Shown piece by piece: positions 8,731 to 16,132 of a DNA stretch of 24,000 nucleotides. The first letter of the stretch is position 1; every line of letters starts with the position of its first letter. The notes under the pieces were generated by a model that was not told where the DNA came from, ran no database searches, and saw only the letters and a program-made list of their open reading frames with translations. Origin of the DNA: Tenacibaculum phage Larrie. The translations under genes were made by a program, and so were the position numbers. The stretch lies in sequence record ON950054.1, one strand, 5' to 3'.

Positions 8731-9084
8731 CTAATTTTTAAGAATATTTTTTTCTAAAAATTTCTTTTGCATTGATACCCAGTCAACAAATGGAGTGTCG
8801 GAAATTATTCTATTATACTTTATGAGGGTCGATGGACTGTTTTCTATAGATATGAATAAATCGCAATCCCTTCTATCTGTAGCCGTTCCAATAATTTTAA
8901 TCCCCCTTTCTCTAAACCATCCCATTTTGTCGGAAAAGTTTTTCGTGTCTTTCACATAAAGTCTTAATTCGTGTCCTTCGTTAGCCAATTTTTCTAACAC
9001 TGTTTGCGCACCGTTAACACTTTTATATGAATTAGGGAAGTTTCCTAAGATGCAAACTCCCCTAAAATCTATTGTTATTCTCAT
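8731..9084 (-). CDS. HAD-like protein, probably catalytically degenerate
   Basis: 117 aa laid out like phage HAD-family proteins: RITIDFRGVCI at the DxDGT position, AQTVLEKLANEGHELRLYV (strand 2 region), MGWFRERGIKI, CDLFIS and FVDW. Confidence 0.6.
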   Translation of the reverse strand: MRITIDFRGVCILGNFPNSYKSVNGAQTVLEKLANEGHELRLYVKDTKNFSDKMGWFRERGIKIIGTATDRRDCDLFISIENSPSTLIKYNRIISDTPFVDWVSMQKKFLEKNILKN

Positions 9085-9086
9085 TT

Positions 9087-11117
9087 TTACATGACCGTTA
9101 ATTCTGAATTTGAGTTTAGAGTAAATTGATTGGACTTTGAATATTTTTCGTCGTATCTTAAATCCCCGCTAAATATTATAAAAGACCCTTCCGCCTTACT
9201 AATTTCTGACTCAAATGTGTTATACTCTTCAGACCAAACTAGCACTTTGAAAATTTTGTAATTGTTCTCAACTGTTATTCTAGCATATCTCCCTCTAGAA
9301 CTTCGACCGATTTTAACCTCATTAACATAACCTCCAAATGTTCTTTGTATTGGTCTGTATTGTGGGGTATTAAATTCAAGTTGTGAGCAAAACTTAATAT
9401 TCTGCCCAATACCTAAAGTCTCGGCAACTTCTTCAAAATTAATAAATACTAATCCCGTCAATTCTTTTTCTCTCTTCTTCCACCACCAGTCGAACCCAAC
9501 GTCTCCAATAGTGTAAATGTCTCTAGCTGGATTTGAAATCTTCTTTTTCGCATACGTTCTATATCTAGTGATTAGAGAAAATCTTTTTCTTTCGTTGTTT
9601 TTAAAGCCGTACAGCTTGTCAAAAGCACCAGCCGCAATAAGACCCTCAATAATTTGTTTCTTTACCTTAGAGCCTTTAAATAAGTGTCTGTGATAGAAGT
9701 CTGAAAAGCTTTTATACTCTCCATTCTCTTCTCTCTCTTTAACAATCTGTTCTGCTGTTTCTTCCCCAGTTCCCTTAACAGCTCCTATTCCCCAATATAT
9801 AACCTGTTCCTTTTGGTTACTTTCCATTGATATACTAGAGCCGTTTATGTCGACTGAGCTTAATTCAATAGCTCCCGTTTGCATAATCTCAGATAAAAAC
9901 AAAGGTACTTCAGTCTCTTTGGCTAAATCAAGTGCCACAGTCCAAAACTCAATAGGGTAATGTACTTTTAACCATTGACTAATGTATCCTGTGATGGCGT
10001 ATGCAGCCGAGTGCGATTTGTTAAATCCATACTTGGCAAATTCAAGCACAGCGTCCCACACAGTGTTGAACTGCTCTTCAGTTGCATTTCTTTCAAAAAA
10101 CCCTTGCTTTACTCTTTCTTTCCAAGGAAGTAAAACCTCAAGTTTCTTTTTACCCATTGCTCGCCTAACGTCGTCCGCCTCTTTCATACTTAAGCCGCCA
10201 AGCTTTTGAAAAACTGCCATAACTTGCTCCTGATAAATAAGCATTCCGAAAGTCTCTTTTGAAATATCTTCAGTTCCCCAAAGATACTCAGGCGGCAATC
10301 CTTCATTTTTACATTTAATATACCTTTCGTGGTAACCGTTTTCCATCGCCCCTGGTCTATAAATCGCAACTGACAAGATTAAATCGTTAATATCGAAGGG
10401 TTTAAGTGCTTTAGTATAAGAAGTTAAACCGCTTGAACCGAATTGAAAAACGTCGCTATTCCAACCGTTGCTAAAGTACCTATAAACTTCCCTGTCATCA
10501 AGAGGAATATTATAAATGTCAGGTTTTACTTTTCCGTTTTTATCAATAAGCTCTAAGATTTTACCAAACTTTGTAAGTTGTCTTACTCCTAAAATATCGT
10601 CTTTCAGAAAGCCTGCGTCGTCCATTTCTCCACCTTGCCACTCACTTACTAGCAATCCGCCCTGTGTTCTCATAGGACACCACTCAACAGCAGGCATAAC
10701 TTCAGGAAACACAATCATTGCACAAGCGTGAATAGACTGCGTTTTCGGCTGATTTAGTAAAGGTTTCATTAAGTAGAATATATCTGAGTTTCTTCTAAAG
10801 AATCCAGCAAGTTTAGGCTCTTCTAAACTTCTGTTAATCAAATCCATCATGGTTTCGTCTTTTTGACTTATGATTGACGATATTAAATTTGCTTCAGTAT
10901 AGTCAATAGAAAATATTCTACTAAGGTCTTTTAAAATTGACTTTGGCTTCATTGTCGTAAAAGTCCCCACTGAACATACATTTTCAATACCGAACCTTTC
11001 TTCCATGTATCTTTTAACATCTGCCCTATCTGTTCCAGCAAAATCGGAATCAATATCGGGCAGAGTACCGTTTACTAGTTTAGGTGCGGTTGTTTCTTTT
11101 ATTTTTACTACTTTCAT
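9087..11117 (-). CDS. dnaE: DNA polymerase III alpha subunit (DnaE-type), C-terminal part: palm catalytic motif, fingers, OB-like tail
   Basis: 676 aa beginning MKVVKIKETTAPKLVNGTLPDIDSDFAG...VKRYMEERFG (catalytic D-x-D motif), with GTFTTMKPKSILKDLSR, DIFQFGS-type segments, LSVAIYRPGAM, LIYQEQVMAVFQKLGGLSMKEADDVRRAMGKKK, AKYGFNKSHSAAYAI and a C-terminal OB-like TFGGYVNEVKIGRSSRGRYARITVENNYKIFKVLVW. Confidence 0.93.
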   Translation of the reverse strand: MKVVKIKETTAPKLVNGTLPDIDSDFAGTDRADVKRYMEERFGIENVCSVGTFTTMKPKSILKDLSRIFSIDYTEANLISSIISQKDETMMDLINRSLEEPKLAGFFRRNSDIFYLMKPLLNQPKTQSIHACAMIVFPEVMPAVEWCPMRTQGGLLVSEWQGGEMDDAGFLKDDILGVRQLTKFGKILELIDKNGKVKPDIYNIPLDDREVYRYFSNGWNSDVFQFGSSGLTSYTKALKPFDINDLILSVAIYRPGAMENGYHERYIKCKNEGLPPEYLWGTEDISKETFGMLIYQEQVMAVFQKLGGLSMKEADDVRRAMGKKKLEVLLPWKERVKQGFFERNATEEQFNTVWDAVLEFAKYGFNKSHSAAYAITGYISQWLKVHYPIEFWTVALDLAKETEVPLFLSEIMQTGAIELSSVDINGSSISMESNQKEQVIYWGIGAVKGTGEETAEQIVKEREENGEYKSFSDFYHRHLFKGSKVKKQIIEGLIAAGAFDKLYGFKNNERKRFSLITRYRTYAKKKISNPARDIYTIGDVGFDWWWKKREKELTGLVFINFEEVAETLGIGQNIKFCSQLEFNTPQYRPIQRTFGGYVNEVKIGRSSRGRYARITVENNYKIFKVLVWSEEYNTFESEISKAEGSFIIFSGDLRYDEKYSKSNQFTLNSNSELTVM

Positions 11118-11119
11118 TT

Positions 11120-12667
11120 TTAATATTTTATGATTGTGTCTCCTTCTTCCAAGTTCTCTATGAATATTGCGGTCTCTTCGTTATCTCTAATTACTCGTAT
11201 TAAAGTACCTTCAGGGAACTGTAATTCGTCTCCCGTATCCGTTGTCACTATGTAAAGGGGTCTATCTTGATACTCTCCCATACGTCCCGAGTTTAAGAAA
11301 CGCTCAAATAATAAATCAAAATCAAAAGGGTTAATGTGTACGATACCCAATAGATAAGCTATCATAGAGCCTGCGGCAGAACCACGACCAAGACCGACAA
11401 TATGTCCTTTTTCTTTCGAGTTTCTTAAGATGTCGTGCATACTTAAAAAGTAATCAATTACATCACCATCTTTTAGGGTTTTGACTTCCTTTTTAATCCT
11501 TTCGATATATTTATTATCTGCTTTTATATTTCTATTCTTTAAACCTTCCTGTAATAAGTGAATAAAAAGCTTTTCAGTTGTTTTAAATCTCTTGCTTTCC
11601 TCTTCAGTCATTTTGTACTTAGGTAAGTGTCTAGTGTCCGTATCGTAAACAAAGTTGCAGTTTTCAACTAACTCTCTCTCATTTTTGAAAGCCTTCTTTA
11701 AGATTGGCTCAAATGATTTATTACCGTCTTCAAACATATTCGCGAACTCTATGACGAATTGTTGTTTACTTTTGAAAAACTGATTCCCTGAATCAAAGTC
11801 AAAACTTTTGTTCACCTCCCATAAAGCACGCCTACAGTCTGCATCCTCTTTTTCTAAATAGTAGGAGTCGTAAATACTAATAGGCTCAAAGTCGCTCTTT
11901 AAATATCTTTGAAGGTTCTCTAAATATAACTCGTCGTCGTGGTTATTTGTGTAAATAACTGTATCAACTTGGTAGTAGTGGAAAAAGTCAAAGTCTAAAG
12001 CATCGCTAAATTTAACCGTCTTAGGGTCAAATACTATATACAAATCATTTTTAAAAACTTCCAAGTCCTTAACATTGAAAATATGATTTCCATCAACGTT
12101 AATGTGTGTATTTATTTTCAAAAGCTTTAACCACCCCTGAAAGTTCTTTGCATATACTTTTACCTCTCCTATCTCAGTTGCAACAGTCATCCCTATAATC
12201 GGTTTGATTTTGTTTTTAAGGCATTCTTTTTGAAAACTTAGTGCGCTTGACAGTGTGTGTTTCTCGCATACCCCCAAAGCTTCAACCCCCAAAAACTTAG
12301 CTTTTTTAACATATTCAGAATGAAGACCTACAGCGTTCATTAATTCGAATCCACTGTGAACTCCTAAAAAGCTCCTTGTTTTTATACTCTCTTTAGCCTT
12401 TCCGATATATTTAAACTCCTCCATTGAAAACTCCTCTCCTTTTGTGTGTAGATACCATCTTCCACAAAATTCAAAGACAAAGCCGTCAGAGGTATCGAAT
12501 TTTTCAGGAATACTAATCTCTCCACCTATCCCGAAAACGTTATATTTTGGGTCTAACACAATCTCATAATTTTTGCCGTCAATTTCTATTAAGCAATCTT
12601 CATCGTAGATTGTGAAATCCAAAAGCATACTTTTACAATATGCTTTTAATTTATCAATTTGTTTCAT
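11120..12667 (-). CDS. dnaE: DNA polymerase III alpha subunit (DnaE-type), N-terminal part: PHP-like domain and first half of palm
   Basis: 515 aa. PHP-like FLGVHSGFELMNAVGLHSEYVKKAKFLGVEALGVCEKHTLSSALSFQKECLKNKIKPIIGM, then VGLGRGSAAGSMIAYLLGIVHINPFDFDLLFERFLN, which in ordinary DnaE directly precedes the catalytic (L/M)PDxDxDF motif found in the next gene. Confidence 0.92.
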   Translation of the reverse strand: MKQIDKLKAYCKSMLLDFTIYDEDCLIEIDGKNYEIVLDPKYNVFGIGGEISIPEKFDTSDGFVFEFCGRWYLHTKGEEFSMEEFKYIGKAKESIKTRSFLGVHSGFELMNAVGLHSEYVKKAKFLGVEALGVCEKHTLSSALSFQKECLKNKIKPIIGMTVATEIGEVKVYAKNFQGWLKLLKINTHINVDGNHIFNVKDLEVFKNDLYIVFDPKTVKFSDALDFDFFHYYQVDTVIYTNNHDDELYLENLQRYLKSDFEPISIYDSYYLEKEDADCRRALWEVNKSFDFDSGNQFFKSKQQFVIEFANMFEDGNKSFEPILKKAFKNERELVENCNFVYDTDTRHLPKYKMTEEESKRFKTTEKLFIHLLQEGLKNRNIKADNKYIERIKKEVKTLKDGDVIDYFLSMHDILRNSKEKGHIVGLGRGSAAGSMIAYLLGIVHINPFDFDLLFERFLNSGRMGEYQDRPLYIVTTDTGDELQFPEGTLIRVIRDNEETAIFIENLEEGDTIIKY

Positions 12668-12693
12668 AATTTTTTATTTTTAATTGTTATTTG

Positions 12694-12831
12694 TGATCTT
12701 AGCTGGATTCGAACCAGCATTATATTTTACCTGTGTTTAGGGCGTTGGAGATTCGAACCTCCGCCGCTTGGCACATTGCCGCTCAAATATACTCTACTAC
12801 CTTTAGGTCATCTACATTTCGCCATAAGACC
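12694..12831 (-). tRNA. tRNA-like locus (possible interrupted, composite or degenerate tRNA); isotype not assignable
   Basis: On the minus strand, GGTCTTA (12831-12825) pairs over 7 bp (one G-U) with TAAGATC (12701-12695). The latter directly follows a perfect T-arm GCTGG-TTCGAAT-CCAGC (12718-12702). The span is 138 nt, too long for a normal tRNA. A second T-loop-like hairpin GGAG-GTTCGAAT-CTCC lies inside at about 12762-12747. Confidence 0.5.
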
Positions 12832-12878
12832 AAATAAATAAGCGCAAATATATAAAAATATCTGCGCTTACAAAGTTT

Positions 12879-13514
12879 TTATTTAATAAATTGTGCTAAG
12901 TTAGGTTTAAAGTAATTTTTACCTTTTAAAATTTTCCCATCCTCTCTAAAGATTGGCTTTCCGTCTTCTCCTAACTTACTCATATTTGATGCGTGTACCT
13001 CTTCGAAAGCATCCATAAACACGTCGTAAAGACCGTGTGCGTGTGCTGCGTACTGAATCGATGAGAATATCTGAGTAAGCATTTTGTTCATTGTCTCGTA
13101 ATCCTCAGCAGCAAAAGAGCTGATATATGAGTCGTTGAAAGGCTTTATTGTTCCATAAAGATTTTGTTTTAAAATCGTTACCTCCATACCTTCAGTGTAA
13201 TTGTTGGATGGAATAAGGCTTTTAAGCATTCTTAAAAATCCCTCGTAAGCCTCTTCATCCTGCTCTATGAAAGCGGTGCTTTTCTGAGAACCATGCTTTA
13301 AGATAGTTCCAGCAACAATATACATCATATCTGCCAAGGCATCCAAAATCTCTACTTTGTTATCCTCTTTGACTGCTGAATCATACTCTTTCGCCTCCTC
13401 ATTAAGTAGCCTATACCTTAAAACTGCATTTTGTATTGTATCGTGTGGAACTTCCTCTAGTACTCCAAACGCTGAGTTAAATTCTCTTAGTTTTTCAAAA
13501 ATCTTTTTTACCAT
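12879..13514 (-). CDS. MazG/HisE-like NTP pyrophosphohydrolase-family protein
   Basis: 211 aa with LRYRLLNEEAKEYDSAVKEDNKVEILDALADMMYIVAGTI (E-E..E..D motif) and a C-terminal EEVHASNMSKLGEDGKPIFREDGKILKGKNYFKPNL tail typical of phage members. Confidence 0.82.
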   Translation of the reverse strand: MVKKIFEKLREFNSAFGVLEEVPHDTIQNAVLRYRLLNEEAKEYDSAVKEDNKVEILDALADMMYIVAGTILKHGSQKSTAFIEQDEEAYEGFLRMLKSLIPSNNYTEGMEVTILKQNLYGTIKPFNDSYISSFAAEDYETMNKMLTQIFSSIQYAAHAHGLYDVFMDAFEEVHASNMSKLGEDGKPIFREDGKILKGKNYFKPNLAQFIK

Positions 13515-14650
13515 TACTTTTTTATTTTTAATTCGTTAATTTTATTTTCGTAGTACTTTGCTTTTTTAATGTCAGTTTCTACCGACTGACTTGGCTTATG
13601 ACCTGCTCTCATTCTATATTTAAACGAGTTCATTTGACAGAATTTTATTAGCGCATCTTTGCCCCAAATATCCTCCATCATTTCAAAAACCTCTTTCCCT
13701 AAAACTGTATAGTGATTAGGCTTTTCAACAAAGTTGTAGCTTTCGCCTTCTCCCTGTGCCTTCTGCTTCTCCTGCGTCTTTGGTTCTTTTTCCTTTTCAG
13801 CTATTTTAAATAGGTCTCCATTACAATAAGCAGTCTTAAATTCAAAATCTTCATATTTAGGGCTATTAATAGTCTCCACAAAATTAAATAGAGTTACATC
13901 TTTATACAACAAAAATGTTTCTTTAGTAATTTCATGTTTACCAAATATTGTAAGTCCTGTTTTCATGTCAGAAAAAATATAAATCTCTTCCCCTAAATCA
14001 ATCCTACAATCTATACTTGAAAGTAGCTCTTTGTTAAATAAGTTGCAAAGACCCCTTGTTCTTTCACTTAAAAGCATAGCGACAATAATTTCGTTACTAC
14101 TCTTAACCCTTAGTTTTACTAGATTCTTGTTGTCCTTATCTGTATCCAAAAAGTATTTTAAGTTATCAGCATCTACAAAATTATGTCCTACTGTTTCAGA
14201 CCTTTTTTGGTGAGCTATTGTTTTAATGTTTCTAAAGAACACTAAATCGTTACCGTCAACATTAATATAATTTTTCCCTGAAGATTGCCACCTGTATCCG
14301 AATAAAAATAGTAGTTTTTGAACTTCTTTAGACTGTTCAGGGTTATCTGCTCTAACATATATTTTGTTAGAATTTACTTCACCAAAGTTTTTACAAAATT
14401 CATCAAATCTAGACGCTTGAATACCTTTCATTGTTCTACCTTCTATTGTTTTTCTTCCGTAGAATCCGAAGTTACATTCTCCGTTCTCAGTGTTTAGATG
14501 TAGAGAAATTATCCTAATTTCTTCGTGCGGGATTTCTGAAAAGATACTAAAGTCTTCTTCTTTAAACCCCAATCGCCTAAGATTTTCTAGTAAGGTACTA
14601 ACTTCGCTCACTTTGTCAATAATAAATCTAATAGTCATTTTATAATTCAA
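13514..14650 (-). CDS. Hypothetical protein with a C-terminal DUF3310-like domain
   Basis: 378 aa. The C-terminus KPNHYTVLGKEVFEMMEDIWGKDALIKFCQMNSFKYRMRAGHKPSQSVETDIKKAKYYENKI matches the phage DUF3310 pattern (HY...G.E..e.ie...g.....F...N..KY..RaG.K....D..KA..Y). The first 300 aa are unassigned. Confidence 0.68.
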   Translation of the reverse strand: MNYKMTIRFIIDKVSEVSTLLENLRRLGFKEEDFSIFSEIPHEEIRIISLHLNTENGECNFGFYGRKTIEGRTMKGIQASRFDEFCKNFGEVNSNKIYVRADNPEQSKEVQKLLFLFGYRWQSSGKNYINVDGNDLVFFRNIKTIAHQKRSETVGHNFVDADNLKYFLDTDKDNKNLVKLRVKSSNEIIVAMLLSERTRGLCNLFNKELLSSIDCRIDLGEEIYIFSDMKTGLTIFGKHEITKETFLLYKDVTLFNFVETINSPKYEDFEFKTAYCNGDLFKIAEKEKEPKTQEKQKAQGEGESYNFVEKPNHYTVLGKEVFEMMEDIWGKDALIKFCQMNSFKYRMRAGHKPSQSVETDIKKAKYYENKINELKIKK

Positions 14651-15530
14651 TATTAAAGTTAAACTTCTTTCTAACGTATTCTTTTTCGACGTTTCCGTCT
14701 CCTCTTAGATTTTTAATCATTTCGATTAAAACTTTTGCGTTTGCAATGGTGTCGGGCAATGCTCTGTGTGCTTCTTTTAATGTAAATCCTAAAAGTTTAG
14801 CTACTGCACCTAAACTTCTCGAAGGAACATCAAAGAATTGTAACTTTGCATAGTCTAAAGTGTCTATTCTTAAATCTGCAATATAAGAAGAAATCTTCTT
14901 TCTAAAGTCTTCAAATATCTTGAAAAAGAATGGCATATCAAACTTTTCTATGTTATGACCCGATAATATAGGCTTATCACCACCTACTTTATGAGCATCA
15001 AAGAACTCTGTTATCTTGTCAAAGAACTCTTCATATGTCAACCCCTCCTTTACAAGTAACTCTCTACTAATTTTACTAACTTCAGCAGCTCCTTTAGTAT
15101 AAACTAAATCATACATTAAGTCTGCCATGTCTTTTACCGACTCTTCCTCCAAAGCTTCCAAGATGTCTTCGTATTCTAGGATAAAGTTTTTGTCCTTGAT
15201 ATACTTCATAAAGTTTTCAAAGTCTCCCACAATATCGTCAATCATTTTTAGAGAGTGGTTTTTACCCGCATAACTTAAAACAGTTCTACCCTCATCGGCA
15301 TTTTTGTAAGAAATCTTTTTAAAGATATATTTTAAAGCTTTCTTAGCTTCCATATCTTTAAAATATCTTAGGTCAAGTCTTGGTTTTAATAGTAACGCCA
15401 TTTCATCAACTATCTCTAGCGTCTCCAAGTCGACAGCTACCATCGCAATCTCTGTTACGGAATTTACTTTCGCATCAAATCCGCCAGTTTCAAAGTCAAA
15501 TACGACGGCTTTTTTAAAAGGTGTTTTCAT
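14640..15530 (-). CDS. DnaQ-like 3'-5' exonuclease (DEDD family), possible proofreading subunit
   Basis: 296 aa with ExoI AVVFDFETGGFD...VTEIAMVAVD, ExoII LSGHNIEKFDMPFF and ExoIII-type SRSLGAVAKLLGFTLKEAHRALPDTIANAKVLIEM (H....D). Confidence 0.9.
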   Translation of the reverse strand: MKTPFKKAVVFDFETGGFDAKVNSVTEIAMVAVDLETLEIVDEMALLLKPRLDLRYFKDMEAKKALKYIFKKISYKNADEGRTVLSYAGKNHSLKMIDDIVGDFENFMKYIKDKNFILEYEDILEALEEESVKDMADLMYDLVYTKGAAEVSKISRELLVKEGLTYEEFFDKITEFFDAHKVGGDKPILSGHNIEKFDMPFFFKIFEDFRKKISSYIADLRIDTLDYAKLQFFDVPSRSLGAVAKLLGFTLKEAHRALPDTIANAKVLIEMIKNLRGDGNVEKEYVRKKFNFNIEL

Positions 15531-15618
15531 AATTTTATAATGTTTTTTAAAAGTTTCAAAATTGTATTGTTATCTTATGGGTAGAGTTAAATATAAGTTA
15601 CTGTATATCAACTAGTTG

Positions 15619-15654
15619 CAAACGAAATTTTTTACAAACGAAATTTTTTACAAA
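15619..15654. repeat. Short tandem repeat, 16-bp unit CAAACGAAATTTTTTA x2 plus a 4-bp partial
   Basis: Exact copies at 15619-15634 and 15635-15650, followed by CAAA. Located between the exonuclease start and the HNH stop. Confidence 0.75.
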
Positions 15655-15658
15655 TTTT

Positions 15659-16105
15659 TTAATCGTCTGTATTACAGTACTTTGAAAGATATTCAGGAAA
15701 TTTTTTCAAATTTTTTGCAAATATTTTCATTTTGCTTTTGTTTGGTGAGAACTCCCATTTTTGGTGACACTCAAAGCAAAGGTTATTAAAATTACTTTCG
15801 TCGTGTCTAAGGTGTGGTGCTACTTGTTTTGAGACTATATGCGAAAATCTCCACCTTGCGACCACCTTTCCGTTGTACCTAAATATATCGGGCAACTCTT
15901 CGCCGCAATTTTCGCACTTGCCATCTGAACTATTAAAAACCTTTTCGTAAACCTCTTCATCCTTTTTCATCATATCTAAAGCTCTAGATTTCGAATCTGA
16001 GGCGTTAAATCTCATTTTTCCGCTATTTGTTTTATTTTTTGGTCTACTTATACCTTTTTTGTTTTTTCGCCTCTCTAAAGGCTTCTTTCGCATTATTTTT
16101 GCCAT
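15659..16105 (-). CDS. HNH endonuclease-family protein
   Basis: 148 aa, basic N-terminus, CENCGEE...RWRFSHIVSKQVAPHLRHDESNFNNLCFECHQKWEF: two CxxC pairs around an H...N...H core. Confidence 0.85.
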   Translation of the reverse strand: MAKIMRKKPLERRKNKKGISRPKNKTNSGKMRFNASDSKSRALDMMKKDEEVYEKVFNSSDGKCENCGEELPDIFRYNGKVVARWRFSHIVSKQVAPHLRHDESNFNNLCFECHQKWEFSPNKSKMKIFAKNLKKFPEYLSKYCNTDD

Positions 16106-16132
16106 TGTGATTAAATTTAATTTTTGACAAAT

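Noticed and set aside
11115-11290. Split intein at the dnaE junction
   Set aside because: There is no N-terminal Cys/Ser splice block, no TxxH B-block and no C-terminal HN-Cys/Ser/Thr junction before LPDIDSDF. The EEGD-like rhythm alone is insufficient, so I report it only as an unexplained insertion.
12694-12831. Group I intron interrupting a tRNA
   Set aside because: The interior is far too short (about 50-65 nt extra) for a group I core, and no P/Q/R/S-like elements were seen.
12659-12841. 60-aa plus-strand ORF over the tRNA-like locus
   Set aside because: It is antisense to the tRNA-like element and has no motif. Its sequence is explained by the RNA structure on the other strand.
15659-16105. 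HNH gene as a homing endonuclease within an intron
   Set aside because: It is a free-standing ORF between genes and neither neighbour appears interrupted. A free-standing mobile HNH remains possible but is not supported here.
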